Origin: Octopus vulgaris
Taxonomy: Eukaryota
Length of the DNA: 64,000 nucleotides
Direction of reading: 5' to 3'
Assembly: GCA_951406725.2 (NCBI GenBank)
Contig: OX597816.1
Span: forward strand, 3,348,001-3,412,000
Shown: positions 28,966-41,339 of the stretch, in pieces
Layout: every line of letters starts with the position of its first letter
How positions within the stretch are numbered: position 1 is the stretch's first letter
Position numbers and translations under genes: made by a program
Notes under the pieces: model-generated
Seen by the model: the letters and a program-made list of their open reading frames with translations, nothing else
What the model was told of the DNA's origin: nothing
Databases searched by the model: none

Positions 28966-29638
28966 TACATCACATACAAAAACTATGTAACACAAGTTAG
29001 ATATTTTCTCCAGTCGCAATTCTAATCTACATTTTCGTTATGTATAGCGACAGCAGTATTAGTTTAAAATAGCAGTCTGTGCATCAGACTTAAAGAAGAT
29101 ACATCTTTGAAAGCCCAATTAGTTGCAGTATTCATCCTGAGATAGTATACCTGGTAGACGTTATAGTGTTAGAAAAAACACAAACGTAATCAGTTGCAGA
29201 CGAATATCCTTCCAGTAGTGGCGATAGCATTGTTAGATGTGCATTTCTGCCTCTTTGAGCTTCGTCAATAACATTTATCCACTGGCAAGCGGATGCTAAG
29301 AGGAAATTCTCGCCACCGATATAAGGAAACAGTTAATGAAAAATTCACAGATGCTGTAATTCGCTGACCGGCTGAATAAAACCTTATGTACAGAGAAGCT
29401 GTAAAATGTAAATTTGTTTTTGTAGTTTAACGTTGAAATTGTGACTGTTTTAGTTTAAACTTATTATTTGTTATTAATAATTTTAATTAATGGTATAAGG
29501 TTAAAACAGAAAATAGACTGGTTTTGTTTTTTATTTAATAATCTCTTGTTAACTGGGGTGGTTTTCATTGCGGGGGCGATAAGATGTTATCAGTAATTGA
29601 ATTCGTTTAATTTTATGAGAGAAAAATATTCTTACATC

Positions 29639-29672
<34 letters not shown>

Positions 29673-29674
29673 TA

Positions 29675-30062
29675 TGGGTTCAAATTTTGCCACAAGGGCA
29701 ACAATTTGAGGGGAGGGGTGAGTCGATTAAATTGACTGCTGTGTTCAACTGCTACTTATTTTATCGACTCCGGAAGAATAAAAAGTAAAGTCTATCTTGG
29801 CGGGATTTGAACTCAGAACGTAGCGGAAGACGAAATACCTATTTCTTTACTACCTACTAGGGAATAAACACAGAGAGGACAAACACGGACAGACAAAGGG
29901 ATTAAGTCGGTTATATCGACCCCAGTGCGTAACCGGTACTTATTTAATCGACCCAGAAGGATGAAAGGCAAAGTCGACCTCGGCGGAATTTGGACTCAGA
30001 ACGTAGCGGCAGACGAAATACTGCTAAGCATTTCGCCCGGGTGTGCTAACGAGTCTGCTAGT
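29675..30062 (-). mobile_element. Type-B SINE dimer adjoining (TAA)n
   Basis: Multimer junction gaaatacctatttc at 29832. Confidence 0.85.
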
Positions 30063-31152
30063 TCGTATAACAACAACAACAACAACAACTACTACTACTA
30101 CTACTATAATAGAGCTCAATTAATTAGTAGTAGTAATTATTAGTATTTAAATCAGAATTGAGATAGAGACTTGTTGCTTTTCAGCTGTGGTTACCATTGA
30201 GTGAAATACAAAATTTTGAATATCGTGAAGCAACTTATATGTGGAAGGAAGATGAATAGAACGGATGAGATTTAAGATAGCATATTGTCCGATGTTGTCA
30301 AGGGTTCTGCTGACTCACCTCCTAATTTTGATAAACCTAAGCAAAAAACGGGGCGAAAATTTAAACAACAAGAAAGCTTTGAATGTATGAATTATTTATT
30401 GCGCACGGTTCTGTGTCTTTGATATCAAATATCCAATCGATCAGCTGAGAGTGACTGGTTCATAGAACACATGGAACTGGAAACGGTTCTGATTCCATGT
30501 TGCCAGAATCATTAGAGGGCGAATAAAGTGTCTGGTGGTATTTCTTCCAGCACTTTGCGTTTGAGTTTCGAATCTTGACGGCAGTGACATTACCTTTTGG
30601 GGTTGATGAAATTAAATACCAATCAAGTACTGGAGTTAGTGACATCGACTAAACCCTCTCCCTTCAAAATTTCAGGCTTTGTGTCTTAATTAGAAACAAT
30701 ATTAACTAATTAATCGGTTTCTGATGACTTAAATTACGAAATCATAGGTACATAATCAGTTATAAACAAGATCATTGGTCCTTCTTTGATTCACTGGTTC
30801 GAGGGAGCTTCTACCTGACGAGACTCAACAAGATCGAAACATCGGTTGTTCCAGAATCTCTTTTACTAATCGAGTGTTTTATTTTCGCCATAGAGGGCGT
30901 AAAAAACCGTTTTCCAAATACGAAATACACCAGCGACTGGAATATTCAATATCGAATCTGCCGGAACGTAGGTTCTGGGTTCAGTCCCACTGTGTGGCAC
31001 CTTCGGCTGGTATTTTCTCCTATAGCCTAAGTATTTTCTGATATAGTGGGCCGTCCAATGCCTTGTGACTGGATTTGGTCGACGAAAACTGAATGAAGCC
31101 CATATGTATATATAAATATATACCTCCGGATATCCTTGTTGCTTATTTTGAT

Positions 31153-31233
<81 letters not shown>

Positions 31234-31244
31234 ATATATATATA

Positions 31245-31296
<52 letters not shown>

Positions 31297-31297
<1 letters not shown>

Positions 31298-31847
31298 CAT
31301 GTTAGGTCCCTTTCGAGTGCTACTAGTAACATGTAACTCAGTACAACCTGTTGCATTGTCGGATCGTCGGCGACTAAACCGGCAACCCCACCAAGCTTGC
31401 TTAGTGAGGAGGGTGTTTATTGGACACCCTGCGGGATGAAAAACAAAACCCGTCAAAGGGCGGAGGAACTCTTGAGAGTCAACGGCCATCCAATAAATAT
31501 CTTAAGGCTGTATCATGCGCGGGGACATAGAAATAATCGGACTGAATACCCGATCGCGTGGTTAAACCATTGGGAGTGAAGGACTCCTAGCCTTTGTTAG
31601 GGAATCCTTCTAGGAGAAGGTAACTCAGGTAACTGGGATAACTCCGACATAAAACCTGCAACTCAGTGGTTACCGATGATGTTGACTTGTTCTTCTTTTC
31701 GGATTATCGCTGCTGTTGCTTAGTGAGTGGGATTGACTCAGTGCACAGCCTTTCCTCACTTTAAAAAAAAATCTTGCACTGGCATTGCACGATAACAACA
31801 TTGATTAAGCTTCGTGCAATGGCCATACTCGATAACGAGGGGGCAGA

Positions 31848-31850
<3 letters not shown>
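31297..31850 (+). mobile_element. ~550-bp non-coding insert in (TA)n, resembling an RTE 5' UTR-derived element
   Basis: Precisely bounded by (TA)n; ctaggagaaggtaactc..aaacc recalled from RTE 5' UTRs. Confidence 0.5.
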
Positions 31851-31917
<67 letters not shown>

Positions 31918-32343
31918 GTATGTATGCATGTATGTATGAATATATATACATATGTATATATATATACTCTTTTACTTGCTTCAGTCATTTGACTGCGGCC
32001 ATGCTGGAACACGTGTGTGTTTGTGTGTGCGCGCATTTGAGTGTGCTTTTGTATCTGTGTTTGTCCTCTCAACTGCTTGACAACCGGTGTTGCTGTGTTT
32101 ACGTCCCCGTAGCCTAGCTGTTCGGCAAAAGATACCGTTAGAATAAGTACTAGGCTTAAGGAAGAAAGTATGTACTGGTGTCAATTCATTCGGCTACAAA
32201 ATTCTTGAAAGGCGGTGCCCCAGCATGGTCGCAGCCTAATGACTGAAACAAGGAAAAGATAAAAGATAAGTCATCGGACAGTTCCATTGTTTTGTGAAAG
32301 GGAGGAACCAATTTGACACACACACACACACACACACATGCAC

Positions 32344-32386
<43 letters not shown>

Positions 32387-32587
32387 CACATACGTACACA
32401 GAGAGACAAGTAGGACACAGACAATGCAGTTGTCACAAATTACTAATTGTGATTAATAAATCACTTAATTAATAATCCATTAATTTCTAATTAGCTGTGA
32501 GTTATCGGGTTCGTTGGTAACAAAGCACACGAAAAAATATTTGGAGTGGAACGACCTGGGTCACAGGATTTTTATAGAGAGAGGGGG

Positions 32588-32637
<50 letters not shown>

Positions 32638-32879
32638 AGGAGGAGGAATTAAGTGATTTTTTAGAAAGTTGGACCGTGAAGCTGGTTGAGTAGAAATTAC
32701 GTCATCAATTAACTTCAATGTCTCTGTATTTCCGAAACCCTGGGTCGACCCGACTGAGAGGCAGCAGTTCGTATCCTTCTACCAGCGTTACTAAACAATC
32801 ACCAGTTTAGTCTACCAAGCCTCGTCTAGTCTTTTACTTGTTGCGGTGATTGGTCTGAGACCCTGGGAGGCCATCTTGA

Positions 32880-33043
32880 AAGGTTTTGGTGACTCATATC
32901 CAGCCCAGCATTTACATTTTAGCCTAATATTTATTTTATCGATATCTATTTGTCGAAACACAAGGTTTTAGTGACTCATATCCAGCCCAGCACTTACATT
33001 TTAGCCTAATATTTATTTTATCGATATCTATTTGTCGAAACAC
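32880..33043. repeat. 82-bp tandem duplication
   Basis: aaggtttt(g/a)gtgactcatatccagcccagca..gtcgaaacac occurs twice. Confidence 0.92.
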
Positions 33044-33317
33044 TTGTGGTATGGAACATAAACAAAGGCACCGTATTTTTTGCCAAGAGGTGTCAGTGAA
33101 CAGATAGATGTAGACATGGGAATATTCTTTTATCGTTTACATATTTCAGTCATTAGACCACGGCCATGCTGTAGCACCGCCTTGAAAAATACAAATACAC
33201 ATACATACACACACACGCACACATACACATCGACCTCCTACAATTGTAGATGTGTTTCAATCCTCCATCATTTTCTTTCCTTTAAGAAAATGTTGAGGTA
33301 TTGAAAAGTCTTTTATT

Positions 33318-33820
33318 TTTTTACTTGTTCAGTCGTTCGACTGCGGCCATGCTGGAGCCTAGGACTTATTCTTTGTAAGCCTAGTACTTATTCTGTCGGA
33401 TTCTGTCGAACCGTTAAATTACGGAGACGTAAACACACCAACATTGGTTGTGAAGCGATGGTGGAGGGACAAACACAGAAACACACACACACATATATGT
33501 TAGTTAGTTAGTTAATTTGGCTCAAAAGCAAATAGCAAGGCCATGTAGGGGGACATGGAGTTAAGTACAGGGTGGTGTTCATGTAAAGAGTTCAGGCCAC
33601 TTGAGGTCAAGGGAGGCTTTGAACAAAGCGGTCGTCGGCATCTTCACCATCTCGTCATATATATATATGTACGACGGGATTCTTTCAGTTTCCTTCTACC
33701 AAATCCACTCACAAGGCTTTGGTCGACCCGGACACTTGCCCAATGTTCCACGCAGTGGGACTGAACCCGGAACCATGTGGTTGCGAAGCAAGTTTCTCTC
33801 CCCACAGCCACACCAACGCC
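33318..33820 (-). mobile_element. Type-A SINE interrupted by a CR1-like 3' end (33498-33652) with a (TAAC)n tail
   Basis: The insert translates VKMPTTALFKASLDLKWPELFT* on the minus strand. Confidence 0.75.
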
Positions 33821-33942
33821 TAACCACGACTGTTGTAAGTAAATACAAAACCTTATGTATTACTACTTTTAGGTATGGATGGAGTTATTCTATAAAGATA
33901 TCTGAAGTGACGTTAACTTGCGCCAGCAATTCTGTTTTGCTT

Positions 33943-34321
33943 GTGGAAGCACTCCGTCGGTTACGACGACGAGGGTTCCAGTTGATCCGAATCAACGGAA
34001 CAGCCTGCTCGTGAAATTAACGTGTAAGTAGCTGAGCACTCCACAGACACGTGTACCCTTAACGTAGTTCTCGGGGATATTCAGCGTGACACAGAGAGTG
34101 ACAAGGCTGACCGTTTGAAATACAGGTAGAACAGAAATAGGAAGTAAGAGTGAGAGAAAGTTGTGGTGAAAGAGTATAGCAGAGTTCACCACCCCCACCT
34201 GCTGGAGCCTCGCGGAGCTTTAGGTGTTTTCGCTCAATAAACACTCACAACGCCCTGTCTGGGAATCGAAACCGCGATCCTATGACCGCGAGTCCGCTGC
34301 CCTAACCACTGGGCCATTGCG
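33943..34321 (-). mobile_element. Type-C tRNA-derived SINE, full-length, ~21-bp TSD
   Basis: Reverse complement of the 54718 copy; TSD gccagcaattctg(t/c)tttgctt at 33922 and 34321. Confidence 0.92.
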
Positions 34322-34599
34322 CCAGCAATTCTGCTTTGCTTAATATCCCGCAGAAAACAATTTTATTCCTGCTTGGTTCATAGTGAAGAACTTCAGTGCA
34401 GCTACGAGGTAAAGCTGTTTCTGGAGGTCGATTGGTGACGTAGTATAAAGTATTCTTGTGTTACATGAACGATCGGTGACTCACAGTCTTGGAATGAACA
34501 AAAACCACGATAGCAGCGAATTCTTCCCGATTCTATAAAGCCACATTGCTGTTCCGTCTAGATCAATGGGCTGACCTAGATCTATCTACATTCGCCATG

Positions 34600-34783
34600 T
34601 TGGACCGCAGAAATTTACAAGTTTTTCTTTTCATTCTCTCTCTGTTTATTTTCTCTTATTCTTTTCTGTAGAAGAGCGTAGGCTCGAAATGTAAAAGACT
34701 TTTACGTTTTTCCCGAGTGTCAAACTAATACACTTGCTTGCTGTTCATGCACCTGTCTTCGTCTTTTGTTTTTCTAAAATTTC

Positions 34784-34790
<7 letters not shown>
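34600..34790 (+). mobile_element. Penelope-like terminal repeat with a degenerate HHR
   Basis: gaagagcgtaggctcgaaatgtaaaaga; paralogous to 6880-7025. Confidence 0.6.
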
Positions 34791-34836
<46 letters not shown>

Positions 34837-34839
<3 letters not shown>

Positions 34840-35267
34840 ATAATAAAAGGGTAAAATTAATTAATTATTAATTAATAACTTTACCAAGTAGTGTTCAGTA
34901 TGTAAAAAGACCATTTACGGTATATTTAAAACATTACGTTATATAATTAGGGTTCAGTAAAAAGATTTACTTTACCACACACCGAACTTTTAGAAATAGC
35001 AGCCAAAAATCTTAGCTATTTCCTCTACTATAAGAAGAGTCTCCCAGACAATGTATACTCAAGAGCAATTCACGTAGGTATAGAGGGAAAAATACGTGTG
35101 ATCTTTCGTTATTTTTCCCTCTATACCTGCGTGAATTGTTTTTGAGTATACATTGTCTGGGAGACTCTTCTTATAGTAGAGGAAATAGCTAACATTTTTG
35201 GCTGCTATTTCTAAAAGTCCGGTGTGTGGTAAAGTAAATTTTTTTACTGAACCCTAATTATATAACG

Positions 35268-35271
<4 letters not shown>
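34837..35271. mobile_element. Long fold-back element in (TA)n
   Basis: ~160-bp arms at 34933-35094 and 35110-35271 with a ~15-nt loop. Confidence 0.88.
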
Positions 35272-35334
<63 letters not shown>

Positions 35335-35413
35335 ACAAAGTGGAGTTGTAAGGTACCGCAGTGGAATTATATATGAAAGAAGGTTTGAAAATGCAATTTT
35401 GAAAGATGTTTAT

Positions 35414-35459
35414 TTACTTGACCGGTTTCACTTTTTTAGAAAAAGATTGTCAAAAGTAA
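35414..35459 (-). ncRNA. Minimal hammerhead ribozyme, U3-A8 core variant
   Basis: uuacuu UUGACAA u cuuuu..aaaag u GAA accggu C aaguaa. Confidence 0.65.
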
Positions 35460-35463
35460 CATG

Positions 35464-35875
35464 GAATCTTTTCGGTTTGAACGGCAGTTTTTTCTACCGG
35501 TGTCATATGAAACTGTCACCCATAATTATGACCCTAGTATCGATGTATTGCACTTCAATCTGTTTTAAGGTTAGGGTTAGGGGTGGGGGGAAGGGTATCT
35601 TTTTTTCTTCAGAAATGTAAATAAACCCAATCTGTTTCTTAAACGAGGGACATATTCATACGGCACAGAATGTTTTCACCTCAATAGACGTCATTGATTG
35701 GCTGAAATTGCAGAAATTGAAGAAAAACAACAACAAATATTTTACAAACTATAGAATTTTCTCAATAAAGCCAAGAGAAAAAATGTTTTATAAACACATT
35801 CTACCAGTATACGAAGTTCAAAAGTTTAGTTACGTGGAAATTATTTTAAAAACTGCCGGTCAAACGAAAAGATCC
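35464..35875. mobile_element. MITE with ~28-bp TIRs and an 8-bp TSD (Merlin-like or hAT-like)
   Basis: TIRs gaatcttttcggtttgaacggcagttttt / aaaaactgccggtcaaacgaaaagatcc; TSD gtaacatg at 35456 and 35876. Confidence 0.85.
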
Positions 35876-36808
35876 GTAACATGTAAAAGCTTTGTTGTGT
35901 TAGGTACTGGTTGTCACAAAATATTACAATACATATATATACATTCTTTCATAATAATAATAAGAACATGTTAAAACAGTTTACAAAGGAAAATCTTGGG
36001 AAAATATTAAAAAAAATTGACAAGTTCATTAAAATGTTGGGTACAAAAGATTACGATACATATATACATTCTTTGATAATAATAAGAGAATGTTAAAAAC
36101 AGTTTACAGAAAGAATTATTAAAAAGTTCAGAGGAATATTGGTATTGTATCTGTATATATATACGCAGAAAATTATAAGTTCAAAAAGATTACATTTTGG
36201 TAGTATATAAATGTACAATGACGGAGAGATATTTAGTGGCTCAAATTTGTGGTACGAGTCGTGTATCTATCAACCCAATTGTGTATCTTTTATGCTGGTG
36301 AAATCTTTTAAGGAAGGAAGCTTGTGTCAGTTCCTCTCGTGATAAGTTCCTTGGGTATTCCAAAAGATTGAAGAACTGGCGGTTGTGGAATTGCGTATAC
36401 ATGTGTGTACGCGCACTTGTGTGTTATGCAAGTTCCGGTTAGATTTGTGACATAGTGTATGGTGGAAATGGTATTATTCTGTAGACGCTGGATATAGTTC
36501 CACGAGTTGTATTCCCGAGTATTTGCTACGGTCGGAAACTATTTATCGTATTTGCATGTTTGTCCTTTGACGTAATCGACTCTAAATACGCATTCAAACA
36601 TGCAGACAAAACTCATGTAGACACCCGTATAACTACCAGTACACTCATACACAGCCATTCATGTGTGAGTGTGTATGTATATGTTTGAGTACGTATGTAT
36701 GTGTGAGTACATATGGATGTGCGTATAACAATATCGATTTCAAAGAATTAAAAGTTGAAAGAATTAAAGGTGGAGCAAGTCGTATGAATCAACGATGATT
36801 ATCAATAA

Positions 36809-37269
36809 TCTCTCTATATATAAAACTGAGAATGTGTCTGTGTCTGTGTCTGTGTGTGTCTGTCTGTGTGTGTCTGTCTGTGTGTGTCTGTCTGTGTGTT
36901 TTCCTAAAACTTGAGAACTACACAACCAATTTCATTCAAATTTTACACGTGTCTTACTTAGGGTCCACGGAGTGTCATGGGCAACGCTCTGGGCGCCATT
37001 GGGCCCACTGTCCAAGTTTACGAGACCACATTGAGCGCTATGGTTCAATATGACTGGAATTTTAGAATATGCGCATAAAAACCAGTAGTATGGGATATAT
37101 GTGGCACGATTACAATTTTTGGTGGGGTGTGTAAAGAGGTAAATAACCCTCGTCTGCAATTTTGATGAAATTCGAAACGTAGATATTCCAGTTCATTAGA
37201 GAAAATATAACAGAAAAGTCTAATTCTTCAATTGTATGTAACACGGGCAACGCCGGGTAGCTCTGATAG
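36809..37269 (+). mobile_element. Non-autonomous Helitron
   Basis: A|TCTCTCTATATATAAA start, internal (TCTG)n, subterminal cgggcaacgccggg hairpin, ends (g)ATAG|T, no TSD. Confidence 0.85.
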
Positions 37270-37678
37270 TCCTTGAATAAACAAGCGAGATCTTTCTTTG
37301 GACAGAAACCTATTATGTTTAGCATTAATTATGGTCGTCCTTGACGGGAAGTCTGGCAAACGTTCACCAGTTAGCGGACACTAATGGTCTCTCTGATGAC
37401 ACCGTTAGAGGAAACGCGACTAGTGATTAGGGATGCTTCTTATGGCCAATAACTCGTTTATTACCCCCAACAGAAAAAGAAAAAAAACCCAAAACAAAAC
37501 AAAACCCTTGTCGAAAACTAAACATTTAAATAAAATATGAACAAGCAAAAAAAAAACAAAAAAAACACAAAGATGGCTATAAACTAGCCAGATTTAAATA
37601 TAAGCCCGCCTCCCCATCTGTAACACTTACAAATATATATATATATAGATGTATGTATGTATATATATAAATATATAT

Positions 37679-37731
<53 letters not shown>

Positions 37732-38414
37732 TATATATATATATATGTGTGTGTGTATGTATGTATGTATGTATGTATGTATGTATGTATGTATGTATGT
37801 ATGTATGTATTACAGTGAACAATAACCTCTGTCCCATTCTGCTGCAGACTGATGATGGCGATGTAAACGACTTATATGGCGGCTCTTAGCCATGACTATT
37901 AAATGTTGAATGGTAATTTGCATTGCAGACGTGAGGGATGTTGAAAGACAGCGAAAAAAAGAAAAAGTTACAAAATAAAATAAAAAGGAAGTTAAAAAAA
38001 AATAAACCCGAAACCTCCCCCCGACACAGTTAAATAAACCTGTAGGTTGTGTTCAGTTCCATATTTTTTATTTTAATTTCCGGCAGGCATCGAGCGCCCT
38101 CTTGGTGCTGTGTTAAGCGCAGTGAATGCCAGATCCTGCAAGCCGACCTCCTTACACGTGCCGTCGCGTGCGGAAAGTGATGATAATAATAATAATGATA
38201 ATAATAATAATAGTAATAAGAGGAGCAAATAAATAAATAAAAAAAAAACGAGAGGAAAACGTCGCTTCTCTTTGGGGACCGGGAAGGAAGGATGAAGTGA
38301 GACTCACAGGTGTGTGGGTCCGTGAGACACAGAATCTGACAGACAATGATGACGCGTGTTAGTTTCCGGTAAAATGTGAATCACTTCCGTTCTAAATGTT
38401 TGTATGATTTGAAA

Positions 38415-38448
<34 letters not shown>

Positions 38449-39227
38449 CACATCTATATATATATGTAAATGTATAAACGTACATGTAACTCTTTTTTTC
38501 AAAATGGTGACAAGAATTGGTTTATAAACATCTAGCACTACTACTACTACTACTACTAATAATAATGGTTTTAAATTTTGCCGCAAGGGCAACAATTTTG
38601 CGGGGAGGGGATGAGACGATTACATCGACGCCAGTGTTCAGCTGGTCCTTAATTTATTGACCTCGAAAGGATGAAAGACAAAGCTGACTTCAGCGGAATT
38701 TGAACTCAGGACGTATCGATGGCGAAATATCGGTGAGCATTTCGTCCGGTGCATTAACGATTCTGCCAGGTCCCCGTCTTTATTAATGATAATAATCTTT
38801 TCTTCTGTAGGTACAAGGCATTTTTAAAATTTCATTTTATTTTTTATCAATTCTAAAAAGGTGAAGGGGCAAAGTAGATATAGGCAAGATTTGAACTCAA
38901 AACATAAAGAGCTACGAGAAATGCCGCTAAGCATTTTGTTCGACGCACCAGCTCGCTACTTTAATAATAATAATAATAATAATAATCTTTTCTACTGTCG
39001 GTACAAGGTCTGAAATTTGGTGGGGGGGGGGGCTAAGTCTATTACATTGATCCCCCCTCCCTCTCCAGCGTTCAACTGGTACTTATTTTATCGATCTCGA
39101 GAGGATGAATGGCAAAGTCGACCCCCGCAGAATTAGAACTCAGAACGAAAAAACGGATGAAATGCCGCTAAACAGTTTGCCCCGTACGCTTACAATTCTG
39201 CTCGCTCGCCTCTTTAATAATAATAAC

Positions 39228-39282
<55 letters not shown>

Positions 39283-39283
<1 letters not shown>

Positions 39284-40700
39284 TTTCCTTCTTTGCCACA
39301 AGGACGAAGGATGAGGGGACAATACAAAGACAGACATAAAGTGTGGTGGTGGTGGTGGGGGGTTACATATAATAAAATGATAAACGAAAACAGGAAATGA
39401 ATAAATAAATAAAGTATGCAATTAATTAAATTAAGAAAAAGAAGACACATATACATAGCATAGAAAGGTTTAAAAAAAGTGGCGGGAGGATGATATAGAT
39501 GTGGCCCTCCTGATACAGGATGACCTCTAGGGATAATCGGGGAACCCCACTGTCCGAGATTTCCCTGAAACCCTAAGAACACGTGCCATCCCCAATTCCT
39601 TCTCTCCGACTCACAGCTCTACACTGAGAGAGGCACCGTCCGCTCTTGCCATTTTCGCAACTTTCACCCACCTTTCAATAAACTCACTCGAGGACAGCAC
39701 TTACCCCTCCACTCTCAATTTCCTTTTCAAGTGAATCTTGAAGAAATCAATGAGAGCTCTACCAAAGAGGAATGTATCTGTCCTCATATTTTTCAGCCTT
39801 GTCCAGTAAACAACCTCTTTCGCCACAGCCACCAGACAAAGGAAACACGCCTTGCCTGCCCGATTGAAGGAGGACAGCAGTGCAATCATCACTACAGATT
39901 CGACCGACAGACGGATCCGTCCCTCATGTGACAACAACTGTTCACCATAACCCCGGATACTGAACGAGGGCGTGCAGAACGGTTTCGTTTCTCTTCGCGC
40001 ACCTCGGACAAGCTCGTCTGACAGCACATCGGTGCCTGTAGAGTTTATCTCGAACCGGTAGTGCCCGCCCCCATTCCCCCGGTAGCACCGCCTGGCGAAG
40101 GGCATCTGGAAATTATCCATGATAGTTCCCGACCGGTAAGTCCTCCGGAACAGACTGGCCAGTTCGTTCTCGTCGGAGCCCAGAGTCCCCCCGAGAGCGT
40201 CGTCGCACTTCCCTTCCAGTAATCTCTCTATATATAAAGCTGAAGTTGTCTCTGTGTGTATGGCAGGTTTGGTAGCCTTCAACCAACACTATCTCCTCCG
40301 AAACACTGCGGCGCAAGTCGACCAAAATTGAAAGTATGATAGAAGAAGTCTTGCTCTTCCTTCCGTAGAAAAAAAATTAATATCGGACCATGTAAACACC
40401 AAAACTTATTTACATCAAAAAGATGCTTTTTTTCTATGAAAATCCCTATTTTTTACGATTTTTTGACTGCCGTGTCGCCATTTTTCGGTGTATTTCAACC
40501 AGAAAAATGTTCACTTAAAGGGAATAACAAGCTACATAATGCAAAATTTTTACTTTTCAAAAATTCCAATTGTAAAGGGTCGAAACAAACCCGAGCAACG
40601 CCGGGCGATACTGCTAATCCTCTATAAATTTCTAAAGCGGAACATTCACCGATACCATCGCCGGACTGGGAGAAGGCTGTGAGCGCCTGGAGACATTCTA
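39283..40700 (-). mobile_element. Tx1/L1-like LINE 3' fragment, split by a Helitron
   Basis: Degenerate ORF ..IYRG|LLEGKCDDALGG..LVAVAKEVVYWTRLK..FFKIHLKRKLRVE, then a 3' UTR ending at (ATT)n. Clade assignment is from memory. Confidence 0.7.
40223..40617 (+). mobile_element. Non-autonomous Helitron inserted at an A|T site
   Basis: TCTCTCTATATATAAA start, cccgagcaacgccggg hairpin, CTAA|T end; removing it restores the LINE reading frame. Confidence 0.88.
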
Positions 40701-41219
40701 ATCAGGAATACGATGGCATTGACAATGCTGTCGAAGAAGACGACAACGTTGATGATGATGTTGATGTTGATTGACAATGCTGTCGAAGAAGACGACAACG
40801 TTGATGATGATGATGATGTTGATATGCTGCTGATGTTGCTGCTGCTGATGGTGGTAGTGGTGGTGATGGTGATGGTGGTGGTGGTGGTGATGGTGATGGT
40901 GGTGGTGGTGATGTGAACGATGAAGGAATTTCAGTAGAAAGTTTTTAAAAAGACGGAAAACTCTCAAACTCTTAAGAATAGATGACCAATCTACATTGTA
41001 CGTTCGACAGCCGGACTAATTCGTTAATTATTTATTCAAAAAGCAGAAATGAAGAAGAAAATAGAATTATATAAATAGATAAATAAATAAATAAATAGAT
41101 AAATGACAGCAGAAGATTGAAAGATAAGGAAATGATAGCCATTTACATCTACTTGTAAATTAGTCACGTGATTCAGCAATCAATCGTGCGTTTTCCTTGG
41201 TTCATCATCATCATCATAA

Positions 41220-41265
<46 letters not shown>

Positions 41266-41339
41266 CATCATCATCATCGTCGTCATCATCATCATCATCA
41301 TCATCATCAACCTCATTATTATTATTATTATTATTATTA

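Noticed and set aside
29200-29330. Minus-strand VIDEAQR, Walker-B-like
   Set aside because: Short, surrounded by stops, and no Walker A motif.
30715-30850. Two HHR-like cores (30721, 30815); similar ones near 19130, 37392, 50449 and 60160
   Set aside because: Stems are too degenerate to call individually; possibly old relics.
35560-35590. Interstitial telomere
   Set aside because: Only two to three TTAGGG-like units, internal to a MITE.
38092-38110. CTCF site (gcgccctcttggtg)
   Set aside because: Several mismatches to the consensus; cannot be supported.
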